Notes under the pieces: generated by a model | Seen by the model: only the letters and a program-made list of their open reading frames with translations | What the model was told of the DNA's origin: nothing | Database searches by the model: none | Shown: one piece after another, positions 41,681 to 54,582 of the stretch | Layout: each line of letters begins with the position of its first letter | How positions within the stretch are numbered: position 1 is the stretch's first letter | Translations under genes and position numbers: made by a program | NCBI RefSeq assembly: GCF_009914755.1 | Contig: NC_060928.1 | Origin: the human T2T-CHM13v2.0 reference genome, Homo sapiens | Strand: one strand, 5' to 3' | Length of the DNA: 64,000 nucleotides

Positions 41681-43059
41681 GTTTTTCATTCAGTTTTGAT
41701 GGAGGTCAACCTCAGGCTTACTGGGATTTCCTACATTCCTTGTCTAGAATAAAAGACTTTTTCTTCTTATATGAGTTATGTTGACAGTTGTGGAAACCTA
41801 CAAGAGGATAAAGAATCACCAATTCTGAAAAATGAATGTGGGAGCTTTGTCCCAGAGGCTGACATCATTCGTCAGAGGTATAGGTGGCCCTATGTTAATT
41901 AAAGACAGTGTGAAAAGTCTGATCTCTTACTATACATATATATGCATACCCACTATAAATATATATATATGCTTTCAGATGTGTGTGTACACACACACAC
42001 ACACACATATGCTTTCTAATAAAAGTTAGGAGGTTTGAATTGTATTCCATATTTTTCATTTTGACAATTGAGTACTGCTATAGTTTCCCCAGGGTTTCTT
42101 CACCATTGACTTTCCTCTTCATTTTGTTGTTTTTATTACTGACCCTCATGATGATCCACTTGTGTGGGGTAACTGAGACTGAAACTCCTCAACCATGAAA
42201 ATAGAACAGTAGAGCACATTTTCTATTGTACCATTTTGAGCCACTTCAGTAATTGGACTTCATGGAAGAGAGTAAGAACAATAGCTATTTATATCAGGAG
42301 GTAAGCCCAAGAACCAAAGAGAGATCAGGAAGAATGAACACTGATGTGCCAGTCAGCAGGACTGAAACATCTGGGTGACTACCAGCCTCAGCATTTTGCA
42401 TTTTTCTGCTATTACTAAAATTGGCAACCAAGGACCCTATTCAGCCTTAATTGATTCTGCAGCTGCATCAAACAAAGTCATTCCATAAAATTTATCTCAC
42501 TTCACAACCTTAGAGCCAGCTTTTAATGCATATGAAAGTTCTATGCCACCAGGCAGCCTTCTTCATCGACACAGTGGGAAATTCCTCTAATAAACCACAG
42601 AGCACAGAGCCTGTAGTGGGCATCTTGAACCTGTTCTTCAGAGAGAGCTCTAGAGGCCCAAAGTCCTCTGTAGACGATTCTATGTTAAGAGTTGAACTAG
42701 AAAGTTAGAATTGAGAAAATAACATGAATAAGTGCACACATCTTGACAATGCTCTCTTATGGAAAATAAATAAATGGGCAAGCTCTAAGGAATTCTGAAA
42801 TTGTGTTACATTTTAAAGTTAGGTCACTGTACAGAGAAATATTGAGCTCTTTCTTTACAAAAGGAATCCTGAAGAATTTACAATTCTCTTACATAAAATT
42901 ATATAATTTAGGGTCAGTGTCAATGTAAAATCAGACTTTGTAGCTAATTCCATGCACAGAAAGGGAAGATAAAGTCCTGGGTGGTAAATGAGAGAAAAGG
43001 TAGAAAAATAGCAAAGTATCATTATAAATATTTAAGATGTTGTATCTATTAAAAATAAA

Positions 43060-43930
43060 ATGTTTAATTCAACAAATATTTATTAAATATCAAATTAGGC
43101 TGCTGGTACTGTGGCATGCTTTAAGGATACAAACATTAATGAAATGGACTCTGCCTTGAATGACATGATAATCTGGTATGATTGTAAGAAGTATGGTAAG
43201 TATTGTTAATAAGGGTATATTATCAGAACACTCAGAAATGCCATTCTACCTCTAAATTGAATTCCAATGAGCCAATGGTAGTTAGCCAAGAGGAGTAAAG
43301 AATGGACCTTCCAGGCACAAAGAGTAAGATGAGCAGAGGCTAAAGGTGAGAGAGAATGTGATGAATCTGAAAAACTTCAAGTAACTTTAATAGCATTTAA
43401 ATAGGTATGTGACATATGACAGGAGAATTTGCAAGAAATAAGGTCATAGAAGTAAGCTTGAAGTCATATTAGCAAATTAGTGCCTTGCCCTCAAGGCAAT
43501 GGAGAATATTAAAGGGGTTTATGCAGGGTAGTGGCATGATAGTAATCAAAACTTAGAACATCCTAGCCACAGGATGGAGAATGTTGTCAGGGAACATCAA
43601 ACGCAAGAGATCCATTAGATGACTGCTTCTGAGGAGCTGAACTGAGGTAGTGACAGAGGGGAAGGAGGGAAGCAGTCCAGCCAGAGAGGCATTAAGGTGA
43701 CAGGACAACAGGTCATGGTGGGTGGATTGGTGTGGGGATGGAAGGGACAGAAGGCTTCTGGCTTAAGTGTCTAAGTAAATAAATGGTGGGGCTCCTAACT
43801 GGTACAGTGAATGAAGGGGAAGGAGGAGATCTGAGGGAGAAATATGAGCTCAATTTAGGACAGATTGAGTTGAAATACTTATTTCATATCTAAATGTAGA
43901 TGCTAGTAGGCAGTTCTGGGCTGCAAGTAG
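43060..43930 (-). mobile_element. L2 remnant
   Basis: ttcaacaaatatttattaa start, followed by L2-like body. Confidence 0.65.
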
Positions 43931-44059
43931 AGGTATAGTGGATATAGTAGAGATAGTGGGAATGGAAGGGGAACCTTAACAGAGCACAGTTTAAAAGAAT
44001 TAATTTTGAAAAACCATAAGATATTTCATAGCATTTTGTATTCATTGTTATGAAATGCT

Positions 44060-44250
44060 CAAGCTCTGAAACTATACTGCCCGATTTTCTGGATTTGAAT
44101 ACTACTTGACGGTTTTTATTCTTGAGAGATAGGTACTTACCATCTTTAGTCTTTCGTGTCCTCTGTAAAATGGTAATAATAGTTAAGAGGATTAAAAAAA
44201 TAGTATATGCAGTTTGCTTTAAATAGTGCCTGGTATTTGTAGATAACCAG
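44060..44250 (+). mobile_element. MIR SINE
   Basis: ctctgtaaaatggtaataatagtt..gaggattaaa..atagtgcctggta. Confidence 0.65.
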
Positions 44251-44254
44251 TAAA

Positions 44255-44268
44255 TGTGTGTGTGTGTT

Positions 44269-44331
<63 letters not shown>

Positions 44332-44358
44332 GAAGCAGTGTGTGAATGTGTGTGTGTA
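44255..44358. repeat. Compound (TG)n(AG)n(ACAG)n microsatellite
   Basis: Direct reading. Confidence 0.95.
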
Positions 44359-47300
44359 CAGATCCAACTGATTTAATACTCCTCAGTAAGCCGGTTTTCC
44401 TTATAGTCAATGTATCAGTCGAGAAATTTTAGCATATGGTATGCTGGTAAAAGCTATGTGAGGAGCATAAAACATGCAAAGTAACCAGGAAACTCACCAT
44501 TTACAAGGGTTGCAAAAAGAGTGTGTAAAACTATAGTGAATAATAAAACATTCTCCCAGTCTTCCCTCAGCTTCAGCCATTTGGACCTCCCTTGGCTCAT
44601 CCAATATCTCCATGATCTCCCTTTTCTTAGGTATGGGCCTTAGGATGTTCACCCCTGTTTCCTAAAATTTTTGCTAACCCTTTACACTTGGTCAATTTCC
44701 ACCATCCATATCTCAGCTTAAACATCACTTTCTCTGACCCCAGATTACATTAGTTCCCCTGTTAGGTTTTCCATAGCATCCTATTCTCTCTCAAAGCACT
44801 TTTGTTTTCATAGTTATTCAAGAACTCTAGAGAAGGAAAAAAAAATCAGTGGGAACAAGAGTGACCAGGAAAATCTTTCAAGAGCAGAGCCCTTCAAAGG
44901 ACATACACACTTATGGACAGATTAGGAACACTTCCCAGAGATTGTAGAAGTGATTAATTAGAGCCAGCAGGTTTTGTTGATCTGTGATTCCAATGGACAG
45001 CAGCCTTTTTAAATATTGGACAATGTGCTGAAGAGCTGAATGCAGTTGTGTGACCCTATGGTAAAGTGAGATCACAATGTACCTCAAGAGTGATTAAAGT
45101 TTGCATGTGGAGTGAGTGTTTGCATTCCAAAGACCTGATGCTGGGAATGCTCTTGTGCATGACCAAACAGAAGCAAGTGTGTGCGGAAAATAAAAGCATT
45201 TCAAATGAATAGCAATAGTCAGGTCCTAGATACTTTCTAAAAAGATGCTTCAGTTTTCTAAAGGGTGGGGCAAACTTGTAGATGGAAAGTTTACCCAAGT
45301 GCTTATAAGGGTGCTTTATTATACCTCTCCTCTAGCTATTGAGTTTGGGTGCTGTTGATATTTGTACAATTTACCTTTTGCATTTTAGTTAAATCAAAAG
45401 ATGCCCCCTTTGGAGACTTTAAATAAGTATAATACTATGATAACCTCATTCATGGTTAAACATAATTTTTATTATGACAAATGGATTTAACTTGAATTGA
45501 TACTAGGAAGGCCATATCTGTTACTGATTAAATTATTTTTTTCCTTATCATTGCTCAGGTTATTACTATAAACTTTCATTTGTCTTTGGAGCATGAGGGG
45601 CAAACATTTTCTTGCATCCTTGCTATGTTCCAGGAAATATGCTATTCACCATGCACATGCCATTTTATTTACTGTTCAAAAAATAGTGATGAGGTATTAT
45701 TATCTCAATTTTACAGATAAAGCTCACATCTTTTCTTAAATAATATAGTATTTATACTGGAAAGATTAACTATTTCAAGTAAAAAATGACTTAGTAGACC
45801 ATGAATCAATAGAATCCATGAATCAACAGAAGAAAACAAGAAACAGCACCAGAGTGAGTTGAACATGTGGGCTACATGTTCCTACTCAACTCAGAGAAAT
45901 TCTGCAAGTACAGAACTCCTGCTCCTTTATGTTCATGGTTGTATCCTGAGTATTTAGAACCACGTCTGGCACAGAGTAGACTCTCAGTACATATTTGCTA
46001 AATGAATGGATGAAAATTCGAAAGCTGAGTAGAAGCCTATTGAAATGTATTTCAGTGAGCATAAGAGAGGATAGAAACACCAATGACATCAGGACATATA
46101 CTACATACCCCCCAATCAGAAGAAGAATGTGCAATATGCTTTTCTAGTAAATATTACAAAATTGGCAAAAATACAACTTATATTAGTGAGAGGGGGCTAC
46201 GTTTATCCAGATATCATTGGGAACCTGCTCCTTTAAAAGTAACACAGGATATAGTCTTACTTTACCTTGTAGAAAATTCATCTCTCAGAAGTTTGAACGA
46301 ATAAGAATAAGTAAACTTAATTTTGGATTATTAACTTTGGATCTTGACAATAATCAAACAAATGATAAACATAATCCAATAATAAACACAAACCAATAAA
46401 ATTTTAACTTTCCACACAATAAGAAGACATCAGATCTTTTATAAAGAAATGAAGTTTTATAATGTTATGCGATGAGATAATATTTAAAAAGAACATGCAG
46501 AGAAGATTACAGGAATAGTGACCAAGCCAGTATGGCCAAATATAAACAAAAAGTCATGATGTGAGTCTACGTTTGTTCCACCTTGTGTTGGCACGTAATA
46601 GATACTTTGAAAGATCTGTTGTTATATTACTTAATCCTATGTTTGGGAAAATATTAAAGCCGAGCAGAGAAAGTTCTTTACCTATGTTTAGAATTAGAAT
46701 AATAAAGAATGGCCAGGTATCCTGCATGAAGTAGTCATGCACTAATATTAGCAGACGGCAAAATGCAGACGCCTTTTGTTTCCATCCCTCCTGAAATGAA
46801 GCATATTCAAACTAGAAAAGTCAAAGGAACATGAAGGATTTGAAAACCGAGATGGATTAAAGACTATCTCACTCTTTTAAATGAGTCCAAGTTTGCAGCC
46901 TCAGTCATATTACATATCTGGTCATTAAAACATAGGGACTACTCCTGGTGATCTTCAAGAAATAATGGACATTTGAAAGCTGCCAAGTTAGATAAATACC
47001 TTTATTTCCCGAAAACAGATGAAAGATCTGCCTTAAACCTATGGAATAACAAATTTAATACCAATCCCCGCTGAAATTCTAGAAGGTCATGTGGTTTATG
47101 AATACTTAGGAGAGAAGAGCCATTTAACAATAAACTCATTCTATATAAAATTAGAAATGTAAAGCAATGCATTTTCTTTATTTTCTTTTATGATGAACTT
47201 AGTAGTTTGGTAGACATTCTATGAGTTGGGCATTTTTTTCTCCAATTACATTTTGGGCAAAGAGAAGTAAGTCATAAATGAAAGAAAACCTGGCTCAACA

Positions 47301-48964
47301 CTCACAGGACAGATTTGAGATACCATACTCACCTGAGGACTAAGCATTTCTGCAATGTGCTTGAGTATTTGTGGAGAAATGTGTCCTAAATTTATGATCT
47401 CAGTAAATTCTGAATATTCATTAGGGTTTTACATTTTCTCAAATGTAGGTGTACTCTAAAGAGAACCCTATAAAAATTAAGGACTGGTTTCAGGGGAAGT
47501 GAGAGAGGGTTGTGTTTGAAGAAGTTGTAAATATATATATATATATATATATGTATATGTATTATGTATTATATTCTTCATCATATTCAGGAGTGACACT
47601 CTTCATCTGGTAAAGGATTGAATTGATCAGTGTATGAAACCTGGGATGCCCATGAGTCTAGAAACTCTCATGGGCACCCAAGATAACTTAACTGAAGAAT
47701 ACATCATTTAATTGAATTTATTAAAGATGTCTGATAGGTTCAAGTAGAAACATAGAAGCTTGAAGTCTAATTTACTAGATCTCCAGATGGTATTATTTTA
47801 CATTATCTTTCCATGTGCACTTTAGATTCAGTGTTTGCAAATTTATTCTTTATGATTCATTAATTCAGCCCATAAACCAATAAAATATAATCCATAAGAT
47901 TAAATTATGAATATCCAAAGAAATATATATAATTATGTTAATATCCAGTCTTCTGAATAATCCCACTGACCTTTGTTCTCCAAATTATTTTCTTTTACCC
48001 CTACCAACTGAAATTGTAAGAATTTCAAGTTTAGTCATGTTCACTTATCATTCTCCTTCATTACAACAAATGAATCAATCATATAAAATATTTTTGAAAA
48101 ATTCATTTCTCCCTTTCTGTAAGGGATTTTCTTTGAAAATCTCCTGAGACTGATGTAAATTTACAACTACTATATTTTCTAAGCAACAGTTCTTTTCTTC
48201 TCAGGATTATTCATCCCTTTTTAAACATGAATATGTCCTTAATATATGCTATGTACTGGAAATAATCACAACTATTGTAATTCTATTGTTAATTTTGACA
48301 CTGCAATTTAACATGTTAAATAAAACAATGAATGTATGTCATTTGTTACTTTAATAAGTGTACTTGGTTTTTAAGAAATCCTGTTATGAACATTTTGCAA
48401 GGAAAAGAGCAGAGTATGAGACTAGCCCTACAAAAGAGGAAGATCACATAATTTTTAAATTGTAGTAATTGTGGGGGTGGCTACCACCAGACTGACACTC
48501 AAGGCTACCTGAATTTGTACAGTGATGCTATTGGTGTCATGCTCAGATGTTATTTCCCTGGCCTGTGCACCATCCTCAGCCAAATTTCCTGTGAATTAGA
48601 ACTTCCTTTCTCAGGAGGTTAAATAATCATGTAACAGGTTGCAAAATTTCCTAATTGACACTCAGATCTGCAAATAATACATTTGATTTAGATTTTATCT
48701 TCTTTACAATGGCTTCATCCTAAAGGGCAAAGAAGGGAGTTATTTATTGTAGTCTAAAAATCAAAGCAATAATTTTAGGAAACTCAGTCTCTGTGAATGA
48801 CTCTGTTTTTTATATTTTCTCCCCACCCTTTTTCTTCTATCTAAAATGGCATTTCAAAATCTGGGAGGTGCTGTGGATATTGCCTTGTCACAGTAGAGGT
48901 AGACTAGAGTCTTAGATCCAAATATTTTTCCCTCAAGTATTACTGTGAGACCTTTAAATTAATC

Positions 48965-49680
48965 CCTATGGGTATGCTACTAATGTGTAAGAAACATCCC
49001 AAAATGTAGTAGCTTAAAGCAAAAATCACTTGTTATTTTTATGAGTTCTTGGGTCCTGCTGAACAGAGCTTTGCCATCCTGTATTGGTATCTGACACAGG
49101 AGGAAAAATAGTAATATTTGCCTTGCCTTTATTTAAAATTTTGATATTTTGTTAATCATGGATGACTTGTTGCATTAATTTTTATTTTTATGAATTTCTA
49201 CCTTAAAATATTGTTTATTCTTATTTCTGAGTTTGTGGGTGACCCCTTAAATTTTGCAAGTGCCTCATTTGTCTCACCTTGGTCCTGGTCCTGTCGCTGA
49301 GGCTTGGGCTTGCTCTTATTTCTGTGGCCAGCTGACAGGTCAGCTGGGATCTGGCTTGTTTAGGATGGTTTCAAGATGACCCTAGGATGACGTGGCTCTG
49401 CTCTATGCAATCTCTCATATACATGTAGCTCCTGTATCTTCCCAGCAAGCTAAACAAGCATATTCTCATCCTAACCTGGACATGTTATCTTGAAGAACAC
49501 AGAGAAGCAAAAAAGAAAGCAAAGATATGCAAACTCTTTTTCAAACCTCTGCTTTGCCAGTGAACTGTGGCCAAACCAATACACAAGGACAGAATCAGTA
49601 TGAGAGGGGACTACAAAGTTACAAGACAAAAGACAGGGATATCGGGATGCCTTAATTAGAACCCTAATGCAGTCAATCTA
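48965..49680 (-). mobile_element. MLT1 (F/G/H-like) MaLR LTR interrupted by a DNA transposon
   Basis: aacatcccaaaatgtagtagcttaaagcaa start; resumes gctgaggcttggg...ggccagctgacaggtcagctggg after 49293. Confidence 0.6.
49064..49293. mobile_element. hAT-type (MER96B-like) non-autonomous element
   Basis: Ends CAGAGC... / ...CTCACCTTGGTCCTGGTCCTG; degraded 8-bp flanks CTGCTGAA / TCGCTGAG; family name from memory. Confidence 0.55.
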
Positions 49681-49689
49681 AGATACTCT

Positions 49690-49830
49690 CTAAGCCTTGA
49701 CTTCCTCAAATGTAAAATGAGAATACTACTAGAACCCACTACTTAACATTGCTGGGCGCACTTAATGAAATATTACGTAAAGCTCTTAGTATAATTCCTG
49801 GCATGTGGTAAGTTTTCAATAAAACTATTA
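49690..49830 (+). mobile_element. MIR SINE
   Basis: cttcctcaaatgtaaaatgagaata..cctggcatgtggtaagttttcaataaa. Confidence 0.75.
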
Positions 49831-50256
49831 TTTTATTGTGTATGTAAATATATGTTAAACTCTGAAATAATGTTTTGAACAACAGAGAACAGAATTATCC
49901 CTTAGTATGGGAAAAGAACATACTATGCCTCTATTTTCTTATCTACATGAAAAAGTAATAAATGTACAAGATCAACATGTTAGATTTAAAAATATAGGAT
50001 AAACGTACAGGAAAATGTTCATCAGAGTGCCTCTCATTACACAAGCACTCAGTGTTAATTGAAATTGAGCCTAAATTTCTTTATCAATAAGTACATGTCA
50101 CTTATCAAAGTTACATTCTAGAGAAAATAAAAGAGTAAGAATATAACCCATAGGAGAAGCCTTGACCTATCTAAGATGACATTGTCTCAAGAGCATCTTA
50201 TTGGTTTAACTATGGGCAAGGATGCCTATAAACTACATTTAGTTTAAGGAAGTAAG

Positions 50257-50258
<2 letters not shown>

Positions 50259-50309
<51 letters not shown>

Positions 50310-50324
50310 TGCGCGCGCATGTGC
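50259..50324. repeat. (GT)23 plus GC-alternating tail
   Basis: 66 bp of uninterrupted purine-pyrimidine alternation. Confidence 0.97.
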
Positions 50325-50879
50325 CTACACAAATGAGACCCTAAGAAATATCATTTCTGGTGCTTCTCAGATTGCTGAGCTCCTTGCCTCTATATGACCT
50401 AATTGATAAAGTTAGCTGAAGGATATGACTGGCTGGATCTGCTGGTAGAGGTTTTCTATTATTATTCTGTTTCTACTTTCTTGCAGTAGTAGCTCTAAAA
50501 TATATAAGCCACACAAGACAGGCAATTACTATTAAATTTAAGAAAGATGATTGTTACAATATACACTGTGGGTAAACGTTTGAAGAGTAAAGTAAGAGGT
50601 ACTATTTGCATATAAAAGCTCTATGCAAATTCCTGAGATTCCACAGATTTAAAGAGAACTAAGATCTAAATGAATAAAATTCTTGAGAATGGAAATTATC
50701 CAGTGAGTCCTATCACCATTTGGAACATCACTCCCAGCTGAGTGCTTCACTCAGGAAGGAGACCATTGTCTTTGCATGAATTTTCAAATGCTCTTTCTTT
50801 GAAAACCAAATATTTCCAAATTTACTTAATTACAGTTTCATATTGGGAAAAATTCATAACAAACATAAAGTTTAAAAAA

Positions 50880-51522
50880 CGTGAGTTCCACTCTTAAATG
50901 TAAGCTGTACATAATGACTTCCTTTCAAAGAGTAAAGTTTGAAGGGAGTGGTGGAGACCACCTTCACAGTGGAAAACCTGACAAACACTACCTCAGCCAG
51001 GTGATCAAAGATAAGATGAGGAATGATGAGTCATGTTGATAATATGTAACATTGATTTGATGTGATGTGATGTGTTAAAAATGGTGGCTCCACCATTGAG
51101 GTCTTCCGCCCCAAAACTCATAACCTCAGTCTAATCATGAGAAAAACATTAAGTCTCTCTGGTCAGACAATACCTGACCAGCAGTCCTTAACACTGTGAA
51201 AGTCATCAAAGACAAAGAAACTGTCGCAGACAAGAAGATCTTAAAAAGACATGACAACCAAATGTAATGTAGTATCCTGGATGGAACCTTGGAACAGAAA
51301 AAGGCCATTAGGTAAAAACTAAGGAAATCTGAGTAAAATATGGATGTTAGTTAACAGTAATGTATCATTATTGCTTTGCTCAGCATTACAAAGGTACTGT
51401 ATTTATGTAAGATGCTAATAATGGGGGAAACTGGGTATGAAATATAAGGAACTCTCTGCATTATCTTTACAAATTTTCTGTGAATCTTAAAGTAGTCTAA
51501 AATTAAAAGGTTATTTTTAAAA
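50880..51522 (+). mobile_element. L1MC-type 3' UTR
   Basis: cagtggaaaacctgacaaacactacctcagccaggtgatcaa...ggaactctctgcattatctttacaaattttctgtgaatct. Confidence 0.8.
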
Positions 51523-52365
51523 ACCTAATCTAACTTACTGCTTTGTTAAGAACTTAGAGCTTTTTTAAAAAACAGAGGAAATGTCTTTTTATAAAAATAT
51601 GTACAATTTTATATTCAATAATCATGTTGTTTTTCTATTCAAGGACCATTTTCAAAAACTTTAGCCCAAACACCAGTTTACAGGGAAAAGTTAGAGATAA
51701 CTAAAAACAGTTGCTTTAACAATTAACACTGAAAGCTGAAATACTTTATAACTGCATTGTTATTCCACAATACCTTGAACAAAATCTCAAACATTTTTGT
51801 AATTCAAAGGATCTTAGATTAGACTGTTTCTTTGTAAGAAAAACAAATCCTTAGATTTACTCATATATATAATGCGGATGTTTATGGACTACAATGAGAA
51901 ATTAAACAAAAATGTTGGTTTTTACATTTTTTAAAAAATTTGTTTTTGCTCTGATAAACCCAAAACTGCATATGAAGCAATAGAATTAAACCTATAAATA
52001 TTTTGGGGGAGTTTCCTTCAGCCATGTAGCTTAAATTAAATAACTATCAATATAAATAATTTTGATTTTTAGTTTTTATTTTTTGTACTCAGAACCCATT
52101 TAGATTTATAAAACAAAAAAAATAAAGAATGTGTGCTCATAAGTAGAAAAATTTGAAACTTGTTTAATCATCCTTGAGCTCAGTTATAGCAAGCAAATGG
52201 CCACATGCTGTTTTACTATATTTTCTTTGATAATAAAATGTGTGCCTGATGGATGATTTTAAGTAACTATCTGGTTGCTAGGTCATGTACTCATGGCTTT
52301 TACCTATTAATAAATAAATAAATGCATAAATAAATAAATAAATTGCAGAAATAAATGAAGTATTA

Positions 52366-52573
52366 GAGTAAGTCTTCACTTGATGTTGTTGATAGGTATT
52401 TGGAAACTGTGACTTTAAGCAAAATGATGTACAGCAGGTCCTTGAATAATGTCATTTTGTTCAATGTTTTGTTGTAACATTGTTGAGAAAAAAATAAAAA
52501 TGGCTTGGTTATATGTTTTTTCGCTTAAAGTAGCAATTTCCAAGACCCTTTTGACAACATTGAGAACTTATTG
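52366..52573. mobile_element. Tigger5/MER47B-like palindromic MITE
   Basis: Long TIRs (AGTAAGTCTTCA..TTGGAAACTGTGACTTTAAGCAAAA / TTTCGCTTAAAGTAGCAATTTCCAA..TGAGAACTTATT); TA on both flanks (52364-65, 52574-75). Confidence 0.8.
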
Positions 52574-54125
52574 TAAATCAAATCTAAGTAAGCCTTTGTG
52601 TACTAGAAATGTTCTAATTACTGTGACTACCTGTGTTTATCTTAAGAGTGAAGTTTTCTAAAGACAAGAACCATCTCATGCATGCAATAGATTCTCTGCT
52701 GTCAATGGAAAATAAAACTTAAGCGAAAGGACATTTATATTTAGTAATTCAATAATTGTTACAATGATCATAGTTATAACAATAGAAATAACATTTATTG
52801 AGTGCTTGGCATATGATTATAATTTGGTAAAACATCCATTATATTGTAGACTCCAAGAAGACAGAAATTTAACCTAAAACATTGGCTCATAATAGGTACT
52901 TAGTAAGCATTTGTCAAATAAATCAATGCCAGACCTTGATTACGGCAAATCCATGAGGCAGGAGTCGTATGCTGGGCATATTAGCAAAAGAGGCATGAGA
53001 GCTGTTAATAAACTTTTTCACAGTTAAGAAATGGCAAAGTAGATTTTCAAATCCAAGACTTGAGTCTGCGCCCTTACCACACTCCAGCATTGCCATGTCC
53101 CTTTCATGCCAGGAGATAGTAGGATATAATTAATGAAATAAAACCAGTAATTTTGACATTACCAGCTTTTTTTCTGTCGTAATAACCAACGGAAAATAAC
53201 AAATACCCTTGCAGTAATGATTAACGATCAGTGAGAAGAACTAGACAAGGGCTTTTGCCGACATCTGCACCAATAGAGGACACCCTACACCTATGTGAAC
53301 AGGTGAAATGGTAAGGGTAGAGGCGAGTCAAGGTTAATTCTTACACCAAGGCTGAGATGATGGAAATGAAATGAAAAAAGAAATTGTATTACTTGAAACT
53401 TTGCCATGTGCAAGAACCCTGGAGGTGATCGTGCTCTTTCATCCATAAACTTGATGTTTATTTAGCTGACAGCAAAGATAGCATAAATAATAGGTAAGTA
53501 GTGGACGAAATGTTCCCAACTGTTTTTTCTCCATCTTTTGTCATATTTCTAGATAATGCCTTCTACAGAACACTTAATGTTGAAACAGTGAACAAAAAGC
53601 AATTTTCCCACAACTGAGGCATCTCTGTTCTTGATCAGTAAATATCAAAATTAGTAGATGGCAGAATTGCATGGAGAGAACAGACTGTCTTGAAGAAATA
53701 TGTAGAACAAATTATGCTAGTACTTGGAAATTTTGCAGCAGACTTGCAACACTGTATCATTGCTTGTTTTCTGGATCTATTTAGTAAAAAAAAAAAAATC
53801 AAGTGTTTCAAAGTAGGGTGCACAAAAAATTATGATGCTAAGTATCTTTCTGCTAGCACGATTACCTCCCTCCCTGACTTGATGCTCACTTCACTGATAG
53901 TTCAATTTTCATATGAATTTGTAAGTTGTGACTTTTCTATTAAGTGCAGAAATTGCCTTCTGGAAATCTCATGGTCTCAGTGATATTTTAACTAAAACCC
54001 CACTGAGTCATGAGCCTAAATTTTATTGTCAGTTGATATGTTTTGTGAATGATAAGATAGTACATATATTGCATATTGTGCGTAATATTTCTTGTACCTC
54101 CATTTATCTTGTACCTCTTGCCTTC

Positions 54126-54582
54126 TGTATTTGTTTTCTAGGGCTGTTGTAGCAAATTACCACAAACTGGGTAGCTAAAAGCAACAGAAATTTGTTTTTT
54201 CATAGTACTGCAGGCTAGAAGTCTGAAATCAAGGTGTGTCTGCAGAGTTTGTTCTTTCTGGAGACCCGAGGAAGAATCTATTCCTTGCCTCTCTCCTAGC
54301 TTCCGGTGGTTGCGAGTAATTCTTGACATTCCTTGAATTCCAGCTGCATTGCCTCGGTCTTCACAATATGTTTTCCCTGTGTGTATCTCTGTGTCCGTGT
54401 CTTCACAAGGCTCTCTTAAAAGGACATCAGTCAATGAACTCAGCACATTCTCATCTGGTATGACCTCATCTTCATTTGATTACATCTGCAAAGACTCTAT
54501 CTTCAAATAAGGTTACATTCAGAGGTACCAGGAATTAGGACTCCAGCATACCTTTTAGGAAGAGACAGTTCAACTCACAACA
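54126..54582 (-). mobile_element. MLT1B/C-type MaLR solo LTR
   Basis: TGTATTTGTTTTCTAGGGCTG..AAATTACCACAAACTGGGTAGCT...TTCAACTCACAACA; TSD not recognisable. Confidence 0.85.

Noticed and set aside
45799-45832. 17-bp tandem duplication CCATGAATCAA(T/C)AGAA
   Set aside because: Ordinary local slippage duplication with no further structure.
40527-51522. Two related L1MC 3' UTRs in inverted orientation suggesting a 10-kb inversion or composite element
   Set aside because: They differ as much as independent old copies and share no TSD.
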